A DNA stretch of 64,000 bases from an uncultured Bacteroidota bacterium. Lineage in GTDB: Bacteria > Bacteroidota > Bacteroidia > Bacteroidales > B18-G4. A program made the position numbers and the translations under genes. The notes under the pieces are model-generated. The model saw nothing but the letters and a program-made list of their open reading frames with translations, made no database searches and was not told the origin of the DNA. The stretch's first letter is position 1. The number at the start of each line of letters is the position of its first letter. Below, piece by piece: positions 9,475-18,430 of the stretch. The DNA is taken from assembly GCA_963793485.1 (NCBI GenBank), contig CAWCAB010000003.1, positions 740,418 to 804,417 on the forward strand, given 5' to 3'.

Positions 9475-10227
9475 TCATAAGCCGAGTTCCTTGCCAAGAA
9501 GATTTAATATATATGTGGCTTTTCCCGGCAGGAAGATATCTACAGTATTCGAAGTATAATTAGATTCTTCAATATTCACCTCAATAATAGTGGCACCTGC
9601 ATCTTTGGCGATGGAAGGGATTTGCCCTGCCGGCATAACTTCTCCTGTCGTGCCAATGATGATAAGTACATCTGACTTTGATGCAGCTTCAACCGAATCC
9701 TGAAAAGCTTTCTGAGGTATTCCTTCACCAAAGAAAATGAAATCAGGCTTTAAAAGTCCACCGGTGGCCGGATGAATAGGAGGGAGGGCATCCAGATCGG
9801 CATAAGCAGTAGCTAATAATTCACCAGTCTTGGTACAGATCAGGTTCTTTGAATTGCCATGAAATTCATGCACAATGGTATTTCCTGCTTCCTGGTGCAG
9901 GTTGTCGATATTTTGCGTGATCACTTCTTGCAGATAACCAGCCTTTTCCATGGCTGCCAGCACATCATGGGCACGGTTGGGTTTTGCACTTCCAAAGGTA
10001 TCGTAAAAGATCTCTTTAATCACTTTCCAGGACTTTTCCGGATGAGCCAAAAAATATTGTAAATCAAGCAGTTTTGGGTCATATTTATCCCATAAACCAT
10101 TGGCACCCCGGAAAGGAGGGATGCCGCTTTCCACGGAGATGCCTGCCCCTGTAAAAGCTGATACGAAATCTGCCTTTTTAATGCATTCGGCCGCCTTTGC
10201 TATCCTGCTTTGCAGATCCTTCATCAT
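9475..10227 (-). CDS. cobB: Sir2-family NAD-dependent deacylase
   Basis: GAGISVESGIPPFRG, TQNIDNLH, HG, LKPDFIFFGE, GTTGEVMPA. Confidence 0.9.
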   Translation of the reverse strand: MMKDLQSRIAKAAECIKKADFVSAFTGAGISVESGIPPFRGANGLWDKYDPKLLDLQYFLAHPEKSWKVIKEIFYDTFGSAKPNRAHDVLAAMEKAGYLQEVITQNIDNLHQEAGNTIVHEFHGNSKNLICTKTGELLATAYADLDALPPIHPATGGLLKPDFIFFGEGIPQKAFQDSVEAASKSDVLIIIGTTGEVMPAGQIPSIAKDAGATIIEVNIEESNYTSNTVDIFLPGKATYILNLLGKELGL

Positions 10228-10415
10228 CCTTTTTTTGATCGTTTATAAAGGTATTCTGCCCAGAGTCCGAGTGCTACACCAAGTCCTACACCGATACCTG
10301 TGCCAACCACAAAACTATGGAATATGCCACCTCCGATCAGGGCTCCCATACCGATGCCGATAACAATCCACATGAAGAAGTATGGCCTGCGCTGCATTTT
10401 CTTGTTTTCTTCCAT
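10224..10415 (-). CDS. Small Gly-rich two-TM membrane protein
   Basis: GIGMGALIGGG...GTGIGVGLGVALG glycine zipper; stop overlaps the sirtuin start. Confidence 0.55.
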   Translation of the reverse strand: MEENKKMQRRPYFFMWIVIGIGMGALIGGGIFHSFVVGTGIGVGLGVALGLWAEYLYKRSKKG

Positions 10416-10544
10416 GATTAATATTTGGGTTAAAAATACAGAAATGATCATTGCATTTTACGGGTGGATTTTCTTTTTCTCCTTATCCTGATAGATCCGG
10501 GATTTTGACATCAATCGGGCTTTGTCCTGTAAATATACTTAAAT

Positions 10545-11084
10545 TTGGAATTGGTGAGAAGCTATCATGATATCGCTTATCTCCTTGATGGGGATGAAAA
10601 ACAGAAAGAAGTTTATGCTGTTTTGCAGCAAAGCAGGATATTGAAATTCCTGTATGCTTTCGACCCTGTCCTGGCAGGGACCTATCCAATTGGTATCTAT
10701 CTTCCGGAAAGTGATATCGATATCATATGTCAGTATAACAAGCCTGAGCATTTTATAAGCGTCCTTAAAAATGCCTTTTCAGGTTTAGAAGGCTTTCATA
10801 TCAAGACAAAATCAATTCGTGAGATCGAAAGCATTATTGCACGCTTCCGCTTCGCGGGATTTAAGTTTGAGGTATTTGGCCAGCCCATACCCGTTAAAGA
10901 GCAATATGCCTATCGTCATATGTTGATTGAAGACAACATACTATCTGCACAAGGAGCTTATTTCAGAATAGAAGTGCTCACCTTAAAAGAAAAAGGCCTC
11001 TCTACAGAAGAAGCCTTTGCTTTTTTACTTGGGATCGAAGGTGATCCTTATGATGGATTGTTAGAATATAGTATTGAGACATGA
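10545..11084 (+). CDS. DUF4269-like (nucleotidyltransferase-fold) protein
   Basis: PVLAGTYPIGI..ESDIDII, FEVFGQ, AYRHMLIE, STEEAFA..LGI.GDPY; start codon uncertain. Confidence 0.75.
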   Translation: MELVRSYHDIAYLLDGDEKQKEVYAVLQQSRILKFLYAFDPVLAGTYPIGIYLPESDIDIICQYNKPEHFISVLKNAFSGLEGFHIKTKSIREIESIIARFRFAGFKFEVFGQPIPVKEQYAYRHMLIEDNILSAQGAYFRIEVLTLKEKGLSTEEAFAFLLGIEGDPYDGLLEYSIET

Positions 11085-11124
11085 GTAATGAGATGTCTCA
11101 ATACTCAAATCTCAAATCTCAATA

Positions 11125-11934
11125 CTATTCTTTTATCACATGAACATCCATTTGCGGGAACGGAATGTTGAGTCCTGCTCCGGTGAAGTTTTTATAAACT
11201 TTTTCATTCATGTCGAAGTAAATACCCCAATAATCAGCACCTTTGGCCCATACCCTTACAACGATATTCACTGAACTATCAGCTAGCTCAGAGAGTGCGA
11301 TAAAAGGCTCAGGATCTTTCAAGATACGATCATCGGCATTGATCAGCTCGAGCAGAACTTTCTTTGCTTTGTCGTAATCATCACCATATGCAATTCCAAA
11401 AGTAAAATCAACCCTTCGGGTCTCCATGGCAGAGAAATTGGTCAGGGATGAATTTGATAGCTGTGCATTCGGAATGATAATGATCTTATTATCAGGAGTG
11501 TTCAGGATGGTAGTAAAGATCTTGATTTCTTTAACCGTTCCCATATGGCCCGCACCATCGACGAAGTCGCCAACCTTATAAGGTTTAAAAAGCAGGATAA
11601 TCACCCCACCGGCGAAATTCTGAAGTGTGCCCTGCAGGGCTAAACCAACAGCAAGGCCGGCAGCACCGAGAATGGCAATGAATGAGGTTGCTTCGATGCC
11701 AACCATGCCCATCACACTAATGAAGAGTAATACTTTCAGTAAGATAGAAACCATGCTTTTTAGGAATCCTTGAAGTGAAGGATCAGTATCCTTCTTTTTC
11801 ATCATACGGCCGAAGCCTTTGGTGATGAGACTGATGACCCAGAGGCCGATGACCAGTACTACGAGGGCTCCAAGAACTGTTGGAGCATAAGCCAAAGCCA
11901 TATCAGCGTAATAGTTTACATTAAATAATAACAT
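11125..11934 (-). CDS. mscS: Small-conductance mechanosensitive channel
   Basis: GAAGLAVGLALQGTLQNFAGG, KVGDFV, IIIPNAQL, NIPFPQMDV. Confidence 0.93.
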   Translation of the reverse strand: MLLFNVNYYADMALAYAPTVLGALVVLVIGLWVISLITKGFGRMMKKKDTDPSLQGFLKSMVSILLKVLLFISVMGMVGIEATSFIAILGAAGLAVGLALQGTLQNFAGGVIILLFKPYKVGDFVDGAGHMGTVKEIKIFTTILNTPDNKIIIIPNAQLSNSSLTNFSAMETRRVDFTFGIAYGDDYDKAKKVLLELINADDRILKDPEPFIALSELADSSVNIVVRVWAKGADYWGIYFDMNEKVYKNFTGAGLNIPFPQMDVHVIKE

Positions 11935-12030
11935 AGGTATTGGGTTTAATTAATAATTGCACTTGGTATTTATTCGTTTGTTTTCAATCGTAAAACAATT
12001 TCATATGCTTTTTGTTCAGCCATTTATATT

Positions 12031-12116
12031 AGTATTGAGTACTGAGTACTGAGTACTGAGTACTGAGTATTGAGTATTGAGATAGTCTCACTACTCAAAT
12101 CTCACTACTCATATCT
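12031..12116. repeat. Heptamer array (GAGTACT/GAGTATT) followed by an inverted degenerate array
   Basis: About 7 units of gagtact/gagtatt, then tctcact actcaaa tctcact actcata; same family at 11071-11125 and 54985-55020. Confidence 0.85.
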
Positions 12117-14207
12117 CTATTTAAGATATTTATCCAGCCAGTTATAAAATGTCCTTTGCCATAATATTCCATTCTGTGGCGATAGCACCCAGTGGTTTTC
12201 GTCGGGAAAGAACAGGAATTCGGCGGGTACGCCTCTCAGAACAGCGGCATTGAATGCGCTCATGCCCTGGGTATATGCGATCCTGTAATCGAGTTCACCA
12301 TGAATGATTAAGATGGGTGTATCCCATTTATCGACGAATTTGTGTGGTGAATTAGCATATGAGTTCATGGCTATCTTATTATCTTTCTCCCAGAAAGCAC
12401 CACCAAGGTCCCAGTCAACAAACCACATTTCTTCGGTTTCCAGGTATTGTGATTCAAAGTTGAACATGCCGTCGTGGGCAATGAAGGCACTGAAGCGTTT
12501 GTCGTGGTTTCCGGCCAGCCAGAACACAGAAAATCCTCCATAACTGGCTCCCACGGCACCCAGACGCTCACTATCAATAAAGGGCTCCTTAGAAACTTCA
12601 TCTATAGCTGCAAGGTAATCTTTCATATTCTGCCCGCCATAGTCGCCGCTGATCTGTTCATTCCATGCTTGTCCGAAGCCCGGAACACCACGCCTGTTGG
12701 GAGCGACAATGATATAATCGTTTGCTGCCATCATCTGGAAGTTCCAGCGGTATGACCAGAACTGGCTTACCATGCTCTGGGGCCCTCCCTGGCAGTATAG
12801 CAGGGCAGGATATTTCTTGTTTGGATCGAAGTGGGGTGGATAGATTACCCATGTGAGCATATCCTTGCCATCGGTAGTCTTGATCCACCTTTTCTCTACC
12901 TTGCCCATGGTGATCTTGTCTAGCAGCTCTTTATTAGTGAATGAGATCTGTGTGTCGGCACCATTCTCAGGATTGACTGAATAAATTTCGGTTGGCATTG
13001 ACATTGACTGCCTGGTAGCGATCAACTGATCACCAACAACAGCGACTGAATTGTAATTGTGAATGCCTTCAGTAACCTGCCGGAAAGCTCCTGTGGCAAG
13101 GGTGTAATTGAATATTTCATAAGATCCCAGGTGAGCACTGATGAAGTATATGCTTTCATTTCCCTTCCATGCATATCCTCCTGTATTCTGATCGAAAGAG
13201 ATGGAGTGATCTTTCTTCTCACCGGTAGCAGCATGATAGATGATGAGCCTTGTCTGGTCTGATTCATAACCGTCACGTTCCATGCTTTCCCATGCTATCA
13301 TGCTCCCGTCGGGAGAAAATACCGGGGCCATATCGAAGCCCATCATGCCTTCTGAAATATTTTCAGTTTCACCGTTCTCTACATTATATAAATATATATC
13401 GGAGTTCGTTGAAACTGAATATGCCATTCCCGTTTTTTTCTTACAGGTGTATGCGATGGCCTTTCCGTCAGGGCTCCAGCTGATTTGTTCCATACCACCA
13501 AAAGGACTCAGTGGTGCTCCCCAGGGTTCACCTTCCATAATATCTTTCATATTGGATATACCATCACCATATTCAGCAATAAAAATATGAGTGTATGCAT
13601 CTACCCAATGATCCCAATGCCTGTACATGAGATCGTTGTTAATGCGGCCACTTGCTTGTGGCAGTCCTTCATAGAGTTCTTCGAAGGAATTCTCGATGAC
13701 GACATCTTTAATAAAGAGGATGTGCTTTTGATCCGGAGCATAGCTGAATCCACCCACACCACCTTCTATGTCTGATTTTTGTTCGATTCCCGTCCCATCG
13801 GGATTCATTTCATATAATTGTACACTGCCTGATGCTGAAGATAGAAATCCAATCTTTTTACCATCGGGGCGCCAGAGGGCGTTGAATTCACTTTTTGGTG
13901 AGTGCGTGAGCTGGAACAACTCACTGCCATCAGGGTTTATAAGGTATAATTCCCTGTTACCTTTGTTTTGTTCCACACTGTAGTAGGAAACACCATAGAG
14001 CAGTTTGCTGCCATCCGGTGAAACCTGCACATCACCAAGCCTTCCGTATGCCCAGAGCACTTCAGGGCTTTGGATATCATTTTTCAACTCCAGTGCCGGC
14101 TTGCCGATGATATCAGCTTCCTTTTTTTGCTCATTTGTACAAATGTCGTTGCATGAGGCCAGGATCAGCATGATAAAGGCCATGGGGATCAGGATTCGGA
14201 AATTCAT
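12117..14207 (-). CDS. S9 family peptidase (dipeptidyl-peptidase 5-like), probable lipoprotein
   Basis: LASC lipobox; PD40-like SPDG propeller repeats; QGGPQ, GASYGG nucleophile, GELDYRI, DENHWV. Confidence 0.9.
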   Translation of the reverse strand: MNFRILIPMAFIMLILASCNDICTNEQKKEADIIGKPALELKNDIQSPEVLWAYGRLGDVQVSPDGSKLLYGVSYYSVEQNKGNRELYLINPDGSELFQLTHSPKSEFNALWRPDGKKIGFLSSASGSVQLYEMNPDGTGIEQKSDIEGGVGGFSYAPDQKHILFIKDVVIENSFEELYEGLPQASGRINNDLMYRHWDHWVDAYTHIFIAEYGDGISNMKDIMEGEPWGAPLSPFGGMEQISWSPDGKAIAYTCKKKTGMAYSVSTNSDIYLYNVENGETENISEGMMGFDMAPVFSPDGSMIAWESMERDGYESDQTRLIIYHAATGEKKDHSISFDQNTGGYAWKGNESIYFISAHLGSYEIFNYTLATGAFRQVTEGIHNYNSVAVVGDQLIATRQSMSMPTEIYSVNPENGADTQISFTNKELLDKITMGKVEKRWIKTTDGKDMLTWVIYPPHFDPNKKYPALLYCQGGPQSMVSQFWSYRWNFQMMAANDYIIVAPNRRGVPGFGQAWNEQISGDYGGQNMKDYLAAIDEVSKEPFIDSERLGAVGASYGGFSVFWLAGNHDKRFSAFIAHDGMFNFESQYLETEEMWFVDWDLGGAFWEKDNKIAMNSYANSPHKFVDKWDTPILIIHGELDYRIAYTQGMSAFNAAVLRGVPAEFLFFPDENHWVLSPQNGILWQRTFYNWLDKYLK

Positions 14208-14305
14208 AGTTTTTTGTTTGAGGAAATGAATAATATGTATGTTCTTCATCGGTAAATGTCGCAATAATTCGAAAATATTGCAAATCCCTGTCTTTTTCAT
14301 CTTTC

Positions 14306-14358
14306 AACCGTTGACTGATTTTCTAATACCGTTAACTGAATGATATCAGCCGTTAAAT
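14306..14358 (+). promoter_or_regulatory. Three direct repeats with 21-bp period (LytTR-type operator)
   Basis: CCGTTGAC 14308, CCGTTAAC 14329, CCGTTAAA 14350; -7-like TATCTTTA at 14391-14398. Confidence 0.6.
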
Positions 14359-14546
14359 GGAAGATGATAGGATGCACTCTTTACTTGTTATATCTTTATC
14401 TTCCAGAGAAAAAACTCCGAATTTCGAACTCCCAACTCCGAACTATTTCAAAGTTCCTTGTTCCTTGTTCGTTATTCGTTATTCAAAATAATCCTGCCCT
14501 GACACATATTCTGTTTGACGAGTGCGGAATCGTCAGAAGCAGCACC

Positions 14547-14572
14547 AGCCCCGGGATACCGGGGCTTTTTTT
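14547..14572 (+). terminator. Intrinsic terminator
   Basis: AGCCCCGG-GATA-CCGGGGCT followed by a T-run. Confidence 0.85.
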
Positions 14573-14841
14573 GATAGAAGATAGAAGAATGAAGAAGTGG
14601 ATAGTAAAAGGAGAAGGAGATTTTTGAAGGCTAAATACTTCTTCTATCTTCTATCCCTTTCTTCTATCTTCTCTCCACTTCATATATCGACATATCATAT
14701 CTTCCATAATTATTTAAAAGCTATTCCTTCCAGTGCAACTATTGCTAATCCTTTATATATTCTTGAGAAGAGGATATGGTGGTTGCTACAAAGGATAGTA
14801 ATTTGTACAAGTAAAATTAGCTCTACAAATCAAAAAATATA

Positions 14842-14849
14842 TATATTTG
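14842..14849 (+). promoter_or_regulatory. Bacteroidota -7 promoter box of tRNA-Met
   Basis: TATATTTG matches TAnnTTTG, 13 nt before the tRNA. Confidence 0.7.
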
Positions 14850-14862
14850 CACCCGCAATTAT

Positions 14863-14936
14863 GGCGAGGTAGCTCAGTTGGTTAGAGCGTCGGATTCATA
14901 ACCCGGAGGTCTCGAGTTCAATTCTCGATCTCGCTA
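14863..14936 (+). tRNA. tRNA-Met (CAT), elongator-like; CCA not encoded
   Basis: GGCGAGG/TCTCGCT acceptor stem, AGCTCAGTTGGTTAGAGC D-arm, TTCATAA loop, CTCGA-GTTCAATT-CTCGA T-arm region. Confidence 0.95.
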
Positions 14937-14940
14937 CAAC

Positions 14941-14971
14941 AAAAACCCGGCTCGGGAGAGCCGGGTTTTTT
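14941..14971 (+). terminator. Terminator after tRNA-Met
   Basis: AAAAACCCGGCTC-GGGA-GAGCCGGGTTTTTT. Confidence 0.85.
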
Positions 14972-15496
14972 ATTTGCAAGTGAGCTCCGAGCTTGCTCGA
15001 GAGCGATACATGCAAATAAAAAACCGGAAGTGACCGTAGGGAACGAAGGGTTTTTGTTGTAAGCCTCCCCCTCCAAGAATCGCCGAAGGCAATTCTTGGA
15101 AGTGATAGTGCCTAGTGCCTAAGTGGAGTAAACATTGAATAAATGATGATATTTAATAAACCACAACTGAGCGCAGCGCAGGAGGGTTTTTGTAGTTTGC
15201 TTCCCCCAAACGAATCAGCGAACTTAATTCTATGAGTGGCGGGGGAACTACCGCGTTCCGCACATCGCGTCCACCGTACCGCAAATAAACAAGCAGAACA
15301 ACTAAACCTTACTACGTGTTATTGCGTATTATGCTTGGTGATTGTACGGAAATTAACTGGCCGACTTGAAATTCAGAAAAAACTATATCTATATTTATGA
15401 AACATTTAAACGGTCATCAAGTATAAAACCATAAAATCACTGTAATGGTGATGAACCCAAATTGCAAATTGTAGTTAACCAACAAACCAAACAGTT

Positions 15497-16159
15497 ATGA
15501 AGAGGATGCGTTATTTAGGAGTCTTGATGCTGGTCACATTATTCTTTTCTCAGGGGATCCAAGCCCAGGAGATTGAAATCACTCCGATGTTAGGATATAC
15601 AGTTAGAAATGACCTTAAGTTCGTTGAAGGTACCATGGCTGTAAATGATGTTCTCAATATAGGTGCCAACTTCAGCTTTCCTACATCAAATCGAAATAGC
15701 AGGTTTGAGATCACACTCTCAAATTCATTTGCACATGCAAAATGGAACGAGTCTCCGGACTATGCCGATTTGATCCCTGAAACGGATTATAATATGAATG
15801 TGACCTACTTCCAGCTTGCCTGGGTTGTACAAGGTTACATCGACAAGAATTTCAATATTTTCTTCGGACCCAACCTCGGACTGGTGAATTATAACCTGTC
15901 TAAGTCGGGCGTCGGAAACGTACCAAGGTTTTCAATCGGTGCACAGACTGGGATAAATTACTATTTCGATCGCGTACTTGGAATCAAGGTACAGGCGCTT
16001 ATGGCCCTACCGGTATTCATGGGTGAAGGAAAACATTTCAGAAATATTATCGAAGATACAGGTGCAGGCGTGAACGATTACCTTACAGTAAGCGAAACTA
16101 CATTTCCTGTGAACCTGGTCATGAGTGCGGGCTTGATCTTCCGCATCAGAACGAGATAA
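15497..16159 (+). CDS. Outer-membrane beta-barrel protein (hypothetical)
   Basis: Signal peptide, IEITPMLGY start, alternating beta-strand pattern, terminal SAGLIFRI. Confidence 0.65.
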   Translation: MKRMRYLGVLMLVTLFFSQGIQAQEIEITPMLGYTVRNDLKFVEGTMAVNDVLNIGANFSFPTSNRNSRFEITLSNSFAHAKWNESPDYADLIPETDYNMNVTYFQLAWVVQGYIDKNFNIFFGPNLGLVNYNLSKSGVGNVPRFSIGAQTGINYYFDRVLGIKVQALMALPVFMGEGKHFRNIIEDTGAGVNDYLTVSETTFPVNLVMSAGLIFRIRTR

Positions 16160-16184
16160 CCAATCTTATAAGGCAATAATATAT

Positions 16185-16216
16185 GCGCATCACCCGGAAG
16201 GATGGTGCGCTTTTTT
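16185..16216 (+). terminator. Intrinsic terminator
   Basis: GCGCATCA...TGGTGCGC followed by a T-run, between convergent genes. Confidence 0.6.
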
Positions 16217-17348
16217 ATTTCACTGACCTCTTGTAAAAGATATTCCGCTTTTCGAATTCTTCGAAAAGGAAAGAAACACATGCTTCATGCTTTCCAAGGT
16301 ATTCGGGAGGAGAGATCCCTTTATGATCGTACATTCCGTTTAAAACCATCCTGGCGGTGATGGTGGCCGTATATCCTGTGGTGCGGGCCATGGAATGTAT
16401 TCCGCTAATGGGATCATATTCATCATACAGGTCGTAGCTTATGCTCATGGGGTTCCCATTTTTGATGCCGCTTACGATCACCTTCATCACAGTAATATCC
16501 ACCTCGCCCTCTTCCAGTTTCCACTGGTCGAAGAGCAAGCTTGAGGTCATGTCGAGCGGGCTGAGCATGTTATTGCCGAATTTTTTCTTTTCCTGACTAA
16601 AAAAACCAGAATCACGCAGGATCTCTATCAACCTTGCATGGCCTGGGTAACGCAGCGTCTTTTCTTCCATATCAGGGGCCTCGATGGTACGGATGAGGGA
16701 CCTGAGCCCATCGCTGATGAAAGCTTCCAGTGTACCAACACCTTCAATTTCCACAAGTTCCTTTTCGCAGAGGGCCGGTAGTATGCATTCTTCTCCATTT
16801 CTGACGATCCTGGCCGGACGAGTATATTCTTCGATCACATCGGCTGGGGAAAAGACTGCTTTGTATTCCCAGGGGTGCTGCCTGACCCTTGGAAGGCCGC
16901 CAACCATGATCTTCACTTTCAGGGTTTCATCGAGCTGATCTGATGCGTACGCCGTCAGTATGTTGCTCATTCCGGGGGCAACGCCAATATCCGAAATCGC
17001 AATAACACCTTTCTCCCTGGCCAGACCTTCGAGCATGAAAAGGTCTTCTGGGAAAAATGCAATGTCCACTACGTTTTTTCCACAATCAATAATGGTTTCC
17101 AGTGTTTCAAAACCCATATGCCCTGGAACGGCGTTGATCACAAGATCGAAGTCAGTAATTAGTTTCCGTATCGTATCTTCTTCTGAAAGATCACAGACAA
17201 TACTTTTAATCGGGAAGTTCCCAATAGCCTTTTTGAGATTGCTTTCCCGTATGTCGGCCAGGCTAACATCAAATTCTTTGGCCAGGTCTCTGGCCATTGG
17301 TCCACCAACAAGGCCTCCGCCCAGGACAATGATCTTTTTCTTTTTCAT
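16215..17348 (-). CDS. Saccharopine dehydrogenase / lysine 6-dehydrogenase family protein
   Basis: VLGGGLVG, NAVPGHMG, DIGVAPGMSN, VGGLP, KTLRYPGH, SMARTTG. Confidence 0.85.
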   Translation of the reverse strand: MKKKKIIVLGGGLVGGPMARDLAKEFDVSLADIRESNLKKAIGNFPIKSIVCDLSEEDTIRKLITDFDLVINAVPGHMGFETLETIIDCGKNVVDIAFFPEDLFMLEGLAREKGVIAISDIGVAPGMSNILTAYASDQLDETLKVKIMVGGLPRVRQHPWEYKAVFSPADVIEEYTRPARIVRNGEECILPALCEKELVEIEGVGTLEAFISDGLRSLIRTIEAPDMEEKTLRYPGHARLIEILRDSGFFSQEKKKFGNNMLSPLDMTSSLLFDQWKLEEGEVDITVMKVIVSGIKNGNPMSISYDLYDEYDPISGIHSMARTTGYTATITARMVLNGMYDHKGISPPEYLGKHEACVSFLFEEFEKRNIFYKRSVK

Positions 17349-18245
17349 TTATTTTTTCAATTTATTGATCTGTGTGATGATTACACCAAAAATAACGATA
17401 ATAATGCCGGCGATCTTATTGCCGGTAAATATTTCATCCAAAATATAATATGATGCTATAGCCGTTATGACCGGGATGAGGTTGCTGTACACATTAGCCC
17501 TGCTAACGCCAAGATGCTTAATGCTTGTAGCAAAAAGGATGAAGGCCAGTGAAGAGGCCAGTATGGCGAGTGAACAAAGGGAAAAGATCAGCCTGCCATC
17601 GGGAACCACACTGATAAATTCATCAAGGTCCAGAACCAGGAATAATGGCATAAACAAAACTGCCCCTGTCAGGTTTTGCCATGCGATAAGGTTCACAGCT
17701 GTATAAAACTGCATGAGTTTTTTTAGAAGGATAGAGTAGATCACAGCGGAACAAACAGCAATGAAAAGCAGGGCAATACCCTTCGGATCGGTAGAAAAGC
17801 TGAGGTCAGGTTCGATGAGCATGACCAGGATGCCAGCAAAAGAAATGACGATCCCTGCGATGTTCAGATTGGAGACCTTTTCCCTGATCAGGATCCAGGC
17901 GGCAAAGGGTGTGAATACAGGGATGGTGGCAATTACAACTGCACTGATGGAGGCACTAGAATGTTTCAATCCATAATTCTCCCCCAGGAAATAAAAGAAA
18001 GGGTTGAAAATGGCCGATGCCAGGAACAGGAGCAAATGCTCTTTCCTGATCTTTTTTAAAAATCCTGATATGGCTAGTATAATAAATAGAAAAGTACTGG
18101 AGATAACCAACCTCAGGAAAATGGTGGTGATGGGAGGATAATACTCAAAAACGATGGATGTCCACACAAATGACATTCCCCAGAAGATCATCGCCAGCAG
18201 TGCCGCAATGTAAATATATGCCCTGGGGAAAGTCCTTTCTTTCAT
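17349..18245 (-). CDS. DMT/EamA family transporter
   Basis: 10-TM pattern, FWGMSF, YGLKHSSAS, SNLIPV duplicated EamA halves. Confidence 0.9.
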   Translation of the reverse strand: MKERTFPRAYIYIAALLAMIFWGMSFVWTSIVFEYYPPITTIFLRLVISSTFLFIILAISGFLKKIRKEHLLLFLASAIFNPFFYFLGENYGLKHSSASISAVVIATIPVFTPFAAWILIREKVSNLNIAGIVISFAGILVMLIEPDLSFSTDPKGIALLFIAVCSAVIYSILLKKLMQFYTAVNLIAWQNLTGAVLFMPLFLVLDLDEFISVVPDGRLIFSLCSLAILASSLAFILFATSIKHLGVSRANVYSNLIPVITAIASYYILDEIFTGNKIAGIIIVIFGVIITQINKLKK

Positions 18246-18278
18246 AGAGCAAAAATATGCAAAACATTTGCAATAAGT

Positions 18279-18372
<94 letters not shown>

Positions 18373-18383
18373 TTTAGCTATCT

Positions 18384-18409
18384 TGTAACATCCAAAAAAA
18401 ATCACAGTC
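18384..18409 (+). promoter_or_regulatory. Putative ECF-sigma autoregulatory promoter
   Basis: TGTAAC (18384-18389), 17-nt spacer, GTC (18407-18409) just upstream of the ECF sigma gene. Confidence 0.5.
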
Positions 18410-18430
18410 ATTAACCCAAAGAACGCCTTG

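Noticed and set aside
9475..10227. Sir2-based defence (Thoeris/DSR)
   Set aside because: Short stand-alone CobB-like sirtuin without defence partner genes
12031..12116. Possible CRISPR array
   Set aside because: Only 7-nt tandem units without unique spacers; no cas genes in the window
14500..14550. SRP RNA or hammerhead ribozyme (GAAGCAGC and TGACGAG look-alikes)
   Set aside because: The SRP CAGG/GNRA/AGCAG arrangement and the hammerhead CUGANGA...GAAA core are not completed; kept only as an unclassified ncRNA candidate
14340..14872. ORFs 14340-14627 and 14597-14872
   Set aside because: They run through heptamer arrays, a terminator and the tRNA promoter, and look like translated low-complexity DNA
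14863..16159. Integrative element at tRNA-Met
   Set aside because: No integrase, and no direct repeat of the tRNA 3' end was seen in the window
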